A DNA stretch of 64,000 bases from an uncultured Acidobacteriota bacterium (GCA_963761825.1 CAVXIH010000005.1:160303-224302); one strand, 5' to 3'; shown: positions 48,393-60,497, counted from the stretch's first letter. Program-made: numbers and translations. The notes: a model not told the origin generated them from the sequence alone.

Positions 48393-51296
48393 TCAGCGGA
48401 GGAGCTGGCGCAAAACGTACGGCAGGATCCCCCCATGTTTGTAGTAATCCACTTCGATGGGAGTATCGATGCGCACGGTCAGTGGAACCGTTTCCGCCGT
48501 GCCGTCGTTCCGATGGATGACCAGCGAAACCTCCTGCCGCGGCCTTAACTCTTCGCCGATACCCAGCAGATCGTAGGTTTCCCCGCCGTCGAGTTTCAGC
48601 GTCGCAGCGTTTGTCCCTTCTCTGAACTGACAGGGGAGCACTCCCATGCCGACGAGGTTGCTCCGATGAATGCGCTCAAAACTCTGGGCAATCACAGCCC
48701 GGACTCCGAGCAAACGGGTTCCCTTCGCGGCCCAATCACGTGAGCTGCCGGTGCCATACTCCTGTCCGGCAAAAATGACCAGCGGCGTGCCCGACTCCAT
48801 ATATTTGCACGCGGCATCGTAAATGCTCATCTGATTCGCCGCCGGGATAGTGTTTCGTCACTCCGCCTTCCACGCCGGCAACCATCAGATTTCGAATGCG
48901 CACGTTCGCGAAAGTTCCGCGCACCATCACCTCGTGGTTTCCGCGCCGCGAACCGTAGCTGTTGAAATCCTGCACCGTGACACCCTTCTCCTGCAGATAG
49001 ATCCCGGCCGGCGACTGGGGCTTGATCGAGCCCGCAGGGCTGATGTGATCCGTGGTGACCGAATTTCCCAGGATCGCCAGTGGACGTGCGCCGCGAATCT
49101 CGGCGATGCGCGCCGGCGTCATTTCAAATTTTTCAAAATAAGGGGGTTCCTGTATGTAGGTGGAGTTTTTGTCCCACTCATAAATCGCGCCAATGGCGGA
49201 CGGGATTTCATCCCACAGCGGATTCTGCTGCGCGAAGCCGGAGTACATGCGCCGGTAGGCTTCCGGATCGAGTGAAAGGTTCATGCACTCGCGGATTTCC
49301 TCCAGGCGCGGCCAGATATCGCGCAGATAGATATCCCTGCCCTGGAGCATTCCTTCCCAACGGTTCGTTCGTCAGGTCGATATCGATACGCCCGGCCAGC
49401 GCAAAGGCGACAACCAGCGGAGGACTCATCAGGAAATTCGCTTTGACCGACTGGTGGACTCTTGCCTCAAAATTGCGGTTGCCGCTCAGGACACTGGCCA
49501 ACACCAGATCGTTTTTCGCAATCAGATCTTCGATGGCCGGACTTAACGGCCCCGAATTTCCGATGCAGGTCGTGCAGCCATACCCAACGACGTTGAACCC
49601 GATTTTGTCCAGGTATTTCTGCAGGCCAGCCTTCTCCAGGTATTCGGTCACAACGCGCGAGCCGGGCGCCAGAGACGTTTTCACATACAGGGGCGGAGCA
49701 ATTCCCGCTTCCACCGCTTTTTTCGCAATCAGGCCGGCAGCGATCATGACGTTCGGGTTCGAGGTGTTGGTGCAGGAGGTGATCGCAGCGATCACGACAG
49801 AACCGTGGCTCAGGCTGACAGCGTCCGTACGCAAGCTTCCCGAGGCGGCACGCACAGCATCGGGGGAGGGCCGATTGTTGATCATTTCAGTTTCAGTCCA
49901 GATGCTGGTGTTTTTGCCGCTGATGTCGCCGTGACCGCTTGGGATTGTTTCGGAAGCCTGCTCTCCACCGCCGGACATCTTCTGATCACCAGGTTCCTGG
50001 CTGCTCGCCATATCGAGCGGAAAGCGCTTTTCCATATCGGACGCTATCTTGCCATAGCCGCCTTCGTTCGGCGATTTCAGCAAAATCTGCCGGATATCCT
50101 GCTTGAGTCGGCTGAGCGGGATGCGGTCCTGCGGACGTTTGGGACCCGCTACGCTGGGCTCGATTTCTTCCAGGTTGAGGGTGAGGACGGAACTGTAAAC
50201 GACGCGGCCATCTTCAGGCGCGCCGAACATCTGTTGTGCCTTGGTAGTAGTTCCGAACCGAATCCACCTGATCTTTATCTCTTCCTGTGTCCCTAAGGTA
50301 GGAACAGGTCTCTTCGTCTACGGGGAACAAAGCAAGCGTGGCGCCATACTCGGGCGCCATATTGCTGATAGTCGCCCTGTCCGTTACCGGCATCCCGGCG
50401 ACGCCAGGCCCAAAGAACTCAACAAATTTTCCGACAACTTTTGTTTTGCGCAGCAACTCCGTAACGTGCAGGACCAGGTCCGTTGCGGTAACTCCTTCTT
50501 TCAGTTTTCCAACAATCTGAACGCCAATGACGTCCGGAGTTAAAAAATAAACAGGCTGGCCGAGCATGCCCGCCTCGGCCTCAATGCCGCCGACACCCCA
50601 GCCAAGGATGCCGAGGCCGTTGATCATCGTTGTATGCGAGTCCGTGCCGACGAGAGTGTCCGGGTAGTAGAGGCCGTCGTTCTGCTGAACAACTTTGGCG
50701 AGATACTCGAGGTTCACCTGGTGACAGATGCCTACGCCGGGCGGGATCACGTTGAATCCGCGGAAGCCCTGCATGCCCCATTTCAGGAATCGGTACCGGG
50801 CGTAATTGCGCTGGATTTCCATATCCAGGTTCTGCTGCAAGGATTCAGGGCTGCCGAAATAATCCACCTGCACGGAATGATCGATGATCAAGTCCACTGG
50901 AACCAGCGGCTCGATGATGCCGGCTTTGCCGCCCAGACGCTGAACGGCGGAGCGCATCGCGGCAAGGTCGACCAGCAGGGGAACGCCCGTAAAGTCCTGC
51001 AACAGGATACGCGCTACCACAAAAGGAATTTCATCCGTCCGCTCTGATTTCGGGCTCCAGTTCGCCAGTCTGGCGACATCCTCTTCGCGGATGCGCTTCC
51101 CGTCGCAATTGCGCAGGACGGATTCAAGCAGGATGCGGATGCTGAAGGGCAGCCGGGAAACCGGCCCTACGCCCTTTTTCTCAAGTTGCGGCAGTGAATA
51201 CAACTCCCCCGTCTGTCCGCTCCCAACGGGAAATGTCTGCAGCGATTGAAATACATTATGTCTCATCGTTAACCTCGAACAACACGTTACCCGCAA
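48393..51296 (-). CDS. acnA: Aconitate hydratase A. Three 1-nt frameshifts near 48780, 49300 and 50220.
   Basis: Four consecutive minus-strand ORFs in different frames together give a full AcnA ([13 protein letters not shown], swivel-domain [10 protein letters not shown]-terminal [10 protein letters not shown]). Confidence 0.85.
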
Positions 51297-51361
51297 TACA
51301 ACCTTTTCTACACGCCCAATCTAATAATACCGCGCCGCAAACCTTCAATTCGCAAAATAAT

Positions 51362-52315
51362 TCAAGGCGCTGCGCGATAGCTGCGCCGGCTGCGCACAAC
51401 CGCATCGGGAACTGAAACGCTGACCACCAGCGTGTGCGCGGCGCCGTCGAGTTTCGATTTTTCAGGATAGAAACCGAGCAGATACTGCGAGCGAAGTTCT
51501 TCGGAAATCTGCCGGAACACCTCGTCAAGGTTCTTGATGTCGCTGGTATACAGGCGACCGGCGGATAAATCCGAAATCTTATCCAAATATTGCGCGGCCT
51601 CCTTCTCCTGCTCTTTCCATGAATCCCCGGCACCTCCAAAGCGGGTGGGTATGCCAAACAATTCCTTCATCAATTCCCGCGGATCGACACTATAGAAGAT
51701 GGAATAGATCGGCATATTGGACGAGGCCACCGTATCCAGCAGGTCCTTTGCGGCTATCCGGCTCCCCTGGTCGCGCCCATCGGTCAGAAGGATAATCGCC
51801 TTGCGGCCGGTGATGGATCGGGACCTTCCTTGCACAATTTCGTGGATGGCATCGCGCATCCTGGTATAAGCACCGCCTGATTTCGCCCCTTTGATAGCCT
51901 CCTTCAACTCACGGGCATCCGAACTGAGCGGGCACAACACCTGCATTTCCGAATCAAAACTCGCTACCATCGCAAGGTCCTGGGAGCGCATCTGTTTGAG
52001 AAATTGACCCGCGGCTTTTTTGATTTTCTTTAAAACTGTCGTCGCGCTCCGGCTGGTATCGATCAGGAGTGCGATCTTGATGGGATCTTCCGAAGCAAGA
52101 AAAAGCGAAACCGGCACCTGCCGGCCATCCTCGAAAAGCTTGAAAGAGCCGGGCGGCAATCCGTTCACAAATCGCCCCTGAGCGTCGCGCACGACCACAG
52201 GCACCGTAACCAGGGCGCTCTCCACCTGAAAATGCCGCGGATCGCCGGTCTCCTGCGTCGCACCGCTCGTCGCATGGCAAACGACCATGACTATCGCGGA
52301 ACAAACCAGCCGCAA
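51362..52315 (-). CDS. von Willebrand factor A domain protein of the 'VWFA-related Acidobacterial domain' type. Secreted.
   Basis: Signal peptide. VWA MIDAS-like block IALLIDTSRS...ILLTDGRDQGS. A conserved C-terminal extension typical of the Acidobacterial VWFA family. Confidence 0.7.
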   Translation of the reverse strand: MRLVCSAIVMVVCHATSGATQETGDPRHFQVESALVTVPVVVRDAQGRFVNGLPPGSFKLFEDGRQVPVSLFLASEDPIKIALLIDTSRSATTVLKKIKKAAGQFLKQMRSQDLAMVASFDSEMQVLCPLSSDARELKEAIKGAKSGGAYTRMRDAIHEIVQGRSRSITGRKAIILLTDGRDQGSRIAAKDLLDTVASSNMPIYSIFYSVDPRELMKELFGIPTRFGGAGDSWKEQEKEAAQYLDKISDLSAGRLYTSDIKNLDEVFRQISEELRSQYLLGFYPEKSKLDGAAHTLVVSVSVPDAVVRSRRSYRAAP

Positions 52316-52354
52316 GAAATGGCGCCGAGAGTTATGCGGTCATTCCCGGAGTTT

Positions 52355-52900
52355 TCATGCCTTGGGTTTGACGGTTTGCATTTTCAACAGCCGCGCGCGC
52401 GTATAGGGGATCAGTCCGCCTGCTTCAATAATCGCCCGCCTCGCGGCAGGCAGAGGTTGCAGGTCATAGCGCGTATTCGTGGCTAAATTAAACACATGAT
52501 CGCCGGCAACTTTCAGCTCATCCCCTTCATTCGCCTCAAGCGCAGGGCACACCAGAATTTTCAAGCCCAGGTTGACCGCGTTTTGCAAAAATATCCGCCC
52601 GAAGCCGCGGGCGATAATCACAAGATCGCAGCCCTTCAAAGCGGATGCGGCCTGTTCGCGGGACGATCCGCAGCCGAAATTCGATCCTGCGATCACGATG
52701 CTGCCCGGCACAACTTCCTTATTTCGGAGCCGCACGTTAAATTCCGGCAGATCCGCAAACGCGTACAGGGGAGTTTCGCTCGGCAGCACGGTGGCCATAT
52801 ATCTCCCGGGATAAATTGCGTCCGTAGATATATCGTCGCCCAGTTTTAAAACAACCTTGCCGAAAGTAATCGGTTCGTCTTTCTGATCCATTGCAGCCAT
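52355..52900 (-). CDS. leuD: 3-isopropylmalate dehydratase small subunit.
   Basis: IVIAGSNFGCGSSREQAASAL signature. Start overlaps the leuC stop by 1 nt. Confidence 0.85.
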   Translation of the reverse strand: MAAMDQKDEPITFGKVVLKLGDDISTDAIYPGRYMATVLPSETPLYAFADLPEFNVRLRNKEVVPGSIVIAGSNFGCGSSREQAASALKGCDLVIIARGFGRIFLQNAVNLGLKILVCPALEANEGDELKVAGDHVFNLATNTRYDLQPLPAARRAIIEAGGLIPYTRARLLKMQTVKPKA

Positions 52901-54186
52901 CATTTCCCTCCCGGATCGGTAATCACACCTGCTGCGGCGCTGGCGGCCGCGACCTCGGGCGAGCACAAATAGATTTGCGAATTCGGATTCCCCATCCTTC
53001 CAGGGAAGTTCCGGTTAGTGGTCGAAAGCGCAACTTCCCCGTCGCCGAGAGCACCCTGATGCACACCGAGACAGCAGCCGCAGCCCGGATTCATGATGAT
53101 AGCGCCGGACTGCGCCAGGTCTTCGAGAACGCCATCGCGCAGCAACCGCCGGTAGATTCTCCATGATGCCGGAAAAACCAGCACGCGCACATGGGGCGCG
53201 ATTTTTTTGCCTTTCAGAATCGCAGCGGCGGCGACGATGTCGTCATAACGTCCATTGGTGCACGAACCGATGACGACCTGGTCTATTCTCGTCCCTTCCC
53301 TTTCGCGCACGGCGACCACATTGTCCACAGCATGCGGACAGGCAAGCTGCGGGGAAAGGTTCGAGACATCGACATCCAAGGTTTGAGCATAAACGGCGTC
53401 CGGATCGGGAGTAATCAGCGGGATCTCGTCCGCTACTCCGGCCTCATTCCGCAAATAGGAAACAGTCTCTTCGTCCGGAGGCACAATGCCGCACGTCGCC
53501 CCTGCCTCCACCGACATGTTGCAGAGGACCAGCCGTCCCGAGGTCGGCATGCGCCTGATGGTTTCTCCGTGAAACTCGATCACCTTGAAATTAGCGCCCT
53601 GCGACGACAGTCTCCCGATAACGTGAAGGATGAGGTCTTTGGCGGATACGAATTTTGCGAACTCTCCCCGGACAAACACTTTGATGGTTTCGGGGACTTC
53701 CACGTTCAGGGCCGCACCCAGAGCCCAGACGCTGGCCATTTCCGTAGCGCCGATGCCGAAGGAAAAAGCGCCCAAAGCGCCGTGCGTCGTTGTGTGGCTG
53801 TCCGCTCCGACCACTACATCGCCGGGACGCACGTAGCCGTTTTCCGGCAGTATCTGATGGCAGATGCCTCCCTGATCGCCCCGCACATCATGGAATTTCG
53901 TAATCCCCTGCTGTGCGACAAACTCCCGGACCTTCTTTTGGTTGGTTGCCGTCTTGCTGCTCTCGGCCGGAACCCGATGATCGAAGATCACCGCGACTTT
54001 TGCAGGGTCCCATATTTTGGCCGCCAGCCCCGTCCCTTTGAAAACCTCAGTGAACTGATTCACAACCAGCGCGGTATTTTCATGCGACATCGCCAGATCC
54101 ACGGCCGGCTCCACAATATCGCCGACATTAACAAATGCCTTGCCGGAAGCCCGCGCCAGAATTTTCTGCGCTATCGTCATGCTCAT
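52900..54186 (-). CDS. leuC: 3-isopropylmalate dehydratase large subunit.
   Basis: 428 aa intact. Aconitase-family motifs GADSHTTTHGA and IGSCTNGR. Confidence 0.9.
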   Translation of the reverse strand: MSMTIAQKILARASGKAFVNVGDIVEPAVDLAMSHENTALVVNQFTEVFKGTGLAAKIWDPAKVAVIFDHRVPAESSKTATNQKKVREFVAQQGITKFHDVRGDQGGICHQILPENGYVRPGDVVVGADSHTTTHGALGAFSFGIGATEMASVWALGAALNVEVPETIKVFVRGEFAKFVSAKDLILHVIGRLSSQGANFKVIEFHGETIRRMPTSGRLVLCNMSVEAGATCGIVPPDEETVSYLRNEAGVADEIPLITPDPDAVYAQTLDVDVSNLSPQLACPHAVDNVVAVREREGTRIDQVVIGSCTNGRYDDIVAAAAILKGKKIAPHVRVLVFPASWRIYRRLLRDGVLEDLAQSGAIIMNPGCGCCLGVHQGALGDGEVALSTTNRNFPGRMGNPNSQIYLCSPEVAAASAAAGVITDPGGK

Positions 54187-54277
54187 AATCTACCTCTTGC
54201 CTTAGCTTAACAATAGCATACCCGATTTGAGTTCGCTCAAAATGCAGCAACGTATGGGATAATGTGCGTTTTGGAGT

Positions 54278-55143
54278 ATGCCTATGATGCGCGACCGTCC
54301 CAAAATCCTGGGTGTTATTCCGGCCCGCCTGGATTCGCAAAGGCTGCCCGGCAAGGTATTGCTCAAGATCGGCCCAAAGCCAATGATCCATTGGGTCTAT
54401 GAGAGGGCGCGCCAATCGCCGTTTCTGAGGACGTATATTGGTGGCCACCGACAGCGAAAAAGTTCAGGAGTACTGCGCAAGATCATGACATTCCGGTCAT
54501 GCAAACCAGCCGGCATCCCTCGGGAAGCGACCGGCTGCACGAAGTCATGGAGAGAACCGATGCCGATATTTATGTGAACATTCAAGGGGATGAGCCCACG
54601 GTGCGGGCGGATCAGATCGAACTGCTGCTCCGGCCTCTGCTGCCGGAGAAAGCGAAGTGGCAACCTTGAAGGTGGCGATCGATGTGGCAGCCGCGCAAAA
54701 TCCCAATATCGTAAAAGTGGTGACGGACACCCGCTGCCGCGCGCTCTATTTTTCGCGCATGCCTATCCCCTGCGACCGTGACGCCGCGAGGCGCGATCCG
54801 CTATTACAAGCATATCGGTCTGTACGGGTACACTCGGACGGCACTGGCTCTTTTTCACAGCCTGCCGCAATCCCCGCTGGAATTGGCCGAAAAGCTCGAG
54901 CAGTTGCGCTACCTGGAAAATGGCGTCGCCATCCACGTTGCGGAAACGCTGTTTGACACGGTAGGCGTCGACACCGCGGCGGACCTGGAACAGGCGGCCG
55001 CGCTATTAACAGGAGTCAGGAGTCAGGAGTCAGACAGTCAGGATTCCGGAATCCGGAATCCTGGAATCTGGAATCAGGAATCCGGAGGTTTTGAATGTAT
55101 CTGCTGTACAGCATACTGCTGGTTTTCTGGGGCATCCTGTTGA
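54278..55143 (+). CDS. kdsB: 3-deoxy-manno-octulosonate cytidylyltransferase (CMP-KDO synthetase). At least 4 frameshifts. The 3' end reads through the repeat and is uncertain.
   Basis: N-terminus ILGVIPARLDSQRLPGKVL. Fragments YVNIQGDEP and KVVTD in other frames. C-terminal YYKHIGLYGYTRTALALFHSLP...LEQLRYLENG. Confidence 0.6.
55011..55088. repeat. Tandem (GGAGTCA)3 followed by a self-complementary (GGAATCC/GGAATCT)n block, between kdsB and waaA.
   Basis: caggagtcaggagtcaggagtcagacagtcaggattccggaatccggaatcctggaatctggaatcaggaatccgga. Confidence 0.7.
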
Positions 55144-56433
55144 TCCCGGCCTTTCTTTACAAGGCCTGGAGGCGAGGGACCTATCTGCCGGGCATGTCCC
55201 AACGCCTGGGACGTCTGCCGGACAGCTTGCGATTCGACGGTCGTGCGACAATCTGGTTCCATTCCTGCTCCGTAGGGGAAACACTCAGCCTGCAGCCGCT
55301 CGTCCAGGTCCTTCACCGGCGTTTTCCCGATGCGCGCTTCGTCTTTTCAACAATCACCCGGACCGGACAACAAATCGCCATGCAGCGTTTCGCCCTATAT
55401 GGCGAAGGAAATACCTTCTATTTCCCGATTGACTTCGCATCGGTCGTCAGGCGCGTGCTTGACTGGATTCAGCCGGCGATGATCGTCATCATCGACACGG
55501 AGATTTGGCCGAACACGCTGCACCAGGCGCATCGCCGCGCAATCCCGGTGATGCTCGTCAATGGCCGCATCTCGGCTGCTTCTTTCCGCTACTACCGCCG
55601 TGCGCGCCTGCTCCTGCGCAGGGTGTTTCAAAATTACCGAGCGCTGCTGATGCAGTCCGACGAAGATGCATCGCGTATCGCGCAGATGGGAGCTCCGTCC
55701 GACAAAGTCTTTGTAACAGGGAACATCAAGATCGACCGTGAGCGCACCGGACTCGAAATCCGAAGAGGCACTCCTCCACAGCCTCGATGAAGCTTTTGGC
55801 TTCAGCAAACTGGATGGCCCTTTGATTGTCGCCGGAAGCACGCACGCGGGTGAGGAAGAGATGCTGCTCGAAGCGCTCCGGCGCATCCGCCGGACATCGG
55901 GGCTGGAACAAACGAGACTGCTCCTGGCGCCCCGCCACCCGGAGCGATTCGACGAAGTGATTCGATTGACGGAGCAAAACGGATTCAAGGCGCGGCGCCG
56001 AACCGGCGGACCCGGCGGAGACGACGCGGCAGAAGTCCTCATCCTGGATACGATAGGAGAACTCGCCGCCGTCTATCGATTCGCCACGGTCGCATTCGTC
56101 GGCGGCACTCTGGTGCGGCATGGCGGCCACAGCATCATGGAACCGGCCCTTTACGCGAAAGCAATTGTGGTTGGACCTTCGGTTGAAAATTTTCGCCAGA
56201 TCGTGGATGAGTTCATCGCACATGGCGGTGTGCGCCGGATCAGCGCCGGCCAGGAGGATCCGAAGCTGCAGCTTCAACAATTGTTGGATGTTTTTCTGCA
56301 ACTGCTGCAGAATGCAAAGGAGCGCGAAGACCTGGGCAAAGCGGCATTCTCCATTCTCGAGAGGAATCGGGGCACAACGCGGCGCACGGGGGAAATGATC
56401 GCTGCCGTTTTTGAAGAAGTGAGCAGGAGATGA
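55095..56433 (+). CDS. waaA: 3-deoxy-D-manno-octulosonic acid (KDO) transferase. Frameshift near 55760.
   Basis: N-terminal TM LLVFWGILLIPAFLY, WFHSCSVGE, then a C-terminal GT-B half (GSTHAGEEEMLLEAL...PRHPERF..VGGTLVRHGGHSIMEPA). Confidence 0.7.
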
Positions 56434-56989
56434 AGGACCGAATTCGCAACTGCCTGGCGGAACTGAAGCCCCGGATTCTGACCGATGGATTTGCGCGGCA
56501 GGCGGCCGTGCTCATGCCGGTGTTTCAATGGGAAAACGAATATCATTTCCTTCTCACCCGGCGCACGGAAGAGGTACAGACCCACAAGGGACAGATCTCA
56601 TTTCCTGGCGGGATGCGCGAGGACAATGAAGACCTCGTGAAGACGGCTCTCCGGGAAACATTTGAAGAAGTGGGTATCGAAGCAAACAGGATCGAGATTT
56701 TGGGCGGTTTCATGATTACCTGTCCATCACAAGATTCCGTGTTACGCCCTTCGCCGGATTCATCAACGGCCCGTTTACGACCATGCCCCAGATCCGCGAA
56801 GTTGCGGAAATCCTGCAGGTTCCTTTCCGGGTATTCACGGATCCAAGCAGGCTGAGGATCGAAAAAAATATTCATTCGGATCTGGAACCCAATGTGTATT
56901 TCTATTCGTATGGCACGCATCAGATCTGGGGTCTCACGGCCCGCATCATCAAGGAGTTCATCGAGGCGTTGAACCTGGAAAAAAAATGA
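56430..56989 (+). CDS. Nudix hydrolase (CoA pyrophosphatase-like). Frameshift near 56750.
   Basis: Nudix box GGMREDNEDLVKTALRETFEEVGI. AAVLMPV upstream motif typical of NudL-like enzymes. Confidence 0.6.
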
Positions 56990-57018
56990 TGCCGCAACCG
57001 GGCGAAACCAGCGAAAAG

Positions 57019-57127
57019 TCGGCATCGGCTATCGGGATCGCTATCGCTTTTCGGGCATCGGATCATCGGGCCATGAAAAGCCGAATACCGATCGCGATTG
57101 CGATCCCGATTCCGATAGCGATGCCAA
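57019..57127. repeat. Imperfect palindrome of (CGGNAT/CGCTAT)n and (GATCCC/GATTCC)n hexamers between the Nudix gene and murI.
   Basis: gtcggcatcggctatcgggatcgctatcgcttttcgggcatcgg...gccgaataccgatcgcgattgcgatcccgattccgatagcgatgcc. Confidence 0.7.
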
Positions 57128-57130
57128 GAG

Positions 57131-57985
57131 GTGTTGCAGTTGTTGACAGGAGATGCAGGCAGCATGGAGTATCGACCGATAGGCATATTCGATTCAGGGT
57201 TCGGCGGGCTGACCGTCCTGAAGGAGATCGAGCAGGCGCTCCCCCGATATGACTATCTTTATTTCGGCGACAACGCGCGCGCTCCCTATGGAAGCCGGTC
57301 GTTTGAGACCGTTTATGCCTATACGCTCGAAGCCGTGCAATGGCTGTTTAACCAGGGATGCCCGCTGGTCATTCTTGCCTGCAACACCGCATCCGCGAAA
57401 GCGCTGCGCACGATCCAGCAAAAAGACCTCGCTCGCATGGCACCCGAACGGCGCGTACTGGGAGTCATCCGGCCTGTGACCGAGATGGTCGGGAAAATGA
57501 CACGCTCCCGGCACATCGGCATCCTGGCCACGGCAGGGACCGTGGCATCCCAATCCTACGTGATCGAGACCAATAAATATTTTCCCGATGTCACGGTCGT
57601 GCAGGAAGCATGTCCCATGTGGGTGCCGCTCGTCGAGAATAGCGAATTCGACGGCGATGGCGCCGATTATTTCGTCCGGCAGCATGTGGACCGGCTCCTC
57701 AGGGCGGACTCTCTCATAGACACGGTGGTGCTCGGATGCACGCACTATCCGTTGCTCGAAAAGAAAATCAGCCGCTATCTTTCAGCCGGAATTGCGGTCA
57801 TCTCCCAGGGAGCCATCGTGGCGCAGAGTCTTGCGGATTATCTGCTCCGGCACACGGAGATAGCGGAACGCTGCACCACGCAGGGACGGCGCGATTTTTA
57901 TTCATCGGAAACAGCCGCGGTCTTTGAACGATCCGCCATGCTTATTTTACGGCCGGCCCATTCATTGCCATCAGATAAATCCTAG
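57131..57985 (+). CDS. murI: Glutamate racemase.
   Basis: IGIFDSGFGGLTV, LACNTAS, GCTHYP catalytic motifs. 284 aa intact. Confidence 0.9.
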   Translation: MLQLLTGDAGSMEYRPIGIFDSGFGGLTVLKEIEQALPRYDYLYFGDNARAPYGSRSFETVYAYTLEAVQWLFNQGCPLVILACNTASAKALRTIQQKDLARMAPERRVLGVIRPVTEMVGKMTRSRHIGILATAGTVASQSYVIETNKYFPDVTVVQEACPMWVPLVENSEFDGDGADYFVRQHVDRLLRADSLIDTVVLGCTHYPLLEKKISRYLSAGIAVISQGAIVAQSLADYLLRHTEIAERCTTQGRRDFYSSETAAVFERSAMLILRPAHSLPSDKS

Positions 57986-58000
57986 ACCAGGATTTATTTG

Positions 58001-58101
58001 ATTCCGGATTCCGGATTCAGATTCCGGAATCTTGGATTCCGGAATCTGATTCCGAAAGATTGCCGGAATCTGGAATCTGGCAATCTGGAAATCTGGAATT
58101 C
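58001..58101. repeat. Tandem / self-complementary (GGATTCC / GGAATCT)n array downstream of murI.
   Basis: gattccggattccggattcagattccggaatcttggattccggaatctgattccgaaagattgccggaatctggaatctggcaatctggaaatctggaattcg. Confidence 0.75.
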
Positions 58102-58179
58102 GTTTCACGGGAGGAGTTTCACTTGCGTAACAGTAGCATTTAGGTTAGAAACACTGTCGCTAAATTTGAGGTTTTTGAT

Positions 58180-59274
58180 ATGTATTCGTTTGAACCGACG
58201 GAAGAACAGAAGATCATTGTGGATGCGGCAAGGAAACTGGCCGCGAAAGAATTTCGCACCCGGATGAGCGACGCGGACGAAAAGAGCGAGCCCGCTCCCG
58301 AATGGATGCAGGCCGGCTGGGAATTGGGGTTGCTGCCCGCCAGCATTCCCGAGGGGTATGGCGGTTTCGGCGAGCATTCGGCGCTCACTTCGGTGCTGGC
58401 CGCGGAAGAACTGGCCTGGGGCGATCTCTCCGCTACCCTGGCGCTTGACGGCTCCAAACCTGGTTGCGCTCCCGGTGCTGCACTGCGGCACGGAGGAACA
58501 GAAAAAGGAATTATTGCCGCATTTCTGCACCGAATCGTACGTCCATGGATCCGCGGCCCTCATGGAACCGCGCTTTGATTTCGACCCCAACGCTTTGAAG
58601 ACCACCGCGACAAAGAAGGACGGGAAATATATTTTATCCGGCACCAAATGCAACGTGCCTTTTGCCGCGGAATCCGACTGGATCCTGGTGTACGCCTCTT
58701 TCGAAGGGCAATGCCAGGGATTTCTCCTGCCCAAAGGAACACCCGGCCTGACGGTCAAAGAACGCGAGAAAAACATGGGCATGCGCGCATTCCCGATGTA
58801 CGCCGTGGAACTGCAGGAATGCGAAGCGGCGGCGCTCGCAGCGTTTGGGCGGAGACGCAGGATGCGATTACCAGCTCCTCCTGAACTCTTCGCGCACAGC
58901 GCTGTCGGCAATGGCGGTAGGCGTTGCCCGCGCGGCCTATGAATTTGCCCTCGACTACGCCAAGAACCGGAAAGCTTTCGGCGAAATGATCGCGCAAAGG
59001 CAATCGATCGCTTTCACGCTCTCCGATATGATCACCGACATCGAAGCCGCGCGCATGATGGTTTGGGAAGCCGCATGGCGGCTGGACGAGAAAAAGGATG
59101 CAACGCATGAGGCCTATCTGGCAATGAACTTCGCCAGCGACATGTCGGTCATGGTCGCGGATCGTGCCGTCCAGATCCTCGGCGGCTATGGATATCGTCC
59201 GGGACTATCCGGTGGAACTCTACCTGCGCAATGCGCGGGGATTCGGAGTCATGGAAGGGATCGCCATCGCATAG
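58180..59274 (+). CDS. Acyl-CoA dehydrogenase (2-3 frameshifts).
   Basis: EEQKIIVDAARKLAAKEF at the N-terminus. Middle part in ORF 58358-58942. C-terminal [35 protein letters not shown] after frame correction. Confidence 0.6.
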
Positions 59275-59292
59275 CTTTTGGGAGACGTTTGC

Positions 59293-60497
59293 ATGATCAG
59301 TTTTGAAAATTCCGAATGGATAACAAAAGCAGCAACAGTATGCCGAATACTTCGCCCGCGACATGATACGCCCGCAGGCGCGCCACTATGACGAATATGA
59401 GCATGAAATTCCCTGGGATTTCGCCAGATTTCATCTGGGACACGGCGCGCACAAACCCTGGACAGTCTGAGGCCGGATTCCGTCGTTCCGGCCGAGCGAT
59501 TCATGCTGCAGATTCACATCAATGAGATGATTGCCTGGGGCGATCTCGGATTTTATCTGTGCCTTCCCTGGCAGGCGCTGGGAGGGAACTTTATCCGGGT
59601 CATCGGGACCGAGGAACAGAAGAAGCTTCTGATGAAGAAATTCAAGCAATCCCAAGCCTACGTGGGCCTGCATGGCGTTGACCGAAGCGCATTGCGGTTC
59701 GGATTCATCGGCAATCCGCATGCGAGCCGTGCAGGACGGAGACAGCTGGGTGCTCAACGGCGAGAAGCTGTTTGTGACCACCGCACAAATGTCGCTGATC
59801 GAATCGGATGGGCTCCTGGTTGTCTGGGCCACAACGGATCCCGTCTCTCGGCTTCAAGGGGATCAAAGCCTTTATCGTGGAGGCCAAATACTCCGGGAGT
59901 CAAAATCACCAAGCTGGAAAAGAAGCTGGGGCTCAGAGCCAGCGATACCGCGGTGGTGATTTTCGAGGACTGCCGCATTCCGCTGAAAAATCTTGCTGGG
60001 CGGCCCGGCCAGCACGGGATTCAAGGGCGCCATGACCACGTTCGATTCGGCGCGGCCCGCCGCCGCCGCCGCCGGCGATTGGCGTAGCTCGCGCGGTATG
60101 GATTTCCTGAAAGAGGAACTGGCGCGCAACGGCACGAAGATCCGCTATGGCGTTCCGCGCCGCCTCCTCACGGCGATGGAAAGAGACATCATCGACATGG
60201 AAGCGCAGCTTGCGGGCCGCCTGGCTGCTTGTACTGAAATCCGCATGGCTGATCGACCAGGGCAAAGCGAATACCCTGGAATCCTCCATGTGCAAGGCGA
60301 AGGCCGGAGAAGTCGTCACGAAGATAGCCCAAAAGGGCATCGAATTGATGGGCCCCTGGGCTACTCGCGCGAACTTGCTGCTGGAAAAATGGATGCGTGA
60401 CGGCAAAGTCATGGACCTGTTTGAAGGGAACAGGGCAGATCAACCGTCTGGTGATCGCCCGGCGCATCCTCGGCTATTCCGGCAAAGAACTGAAATA
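59293..60497 (+). CDS. Second acyl-CoA dehydrogenase paralogue, heavily frameshifted (at least 6 indels).
   Basis: YAEYFARDMIRPQARHYDEYEHEIPWDF, MALTEAHCGSDSSAIRMRAVQDGDSWVLNGEKLFVT, and the C-terminal KIAQKGIELMGPWA...ARRILG are recovered in different frames. Confidence 0.5.
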
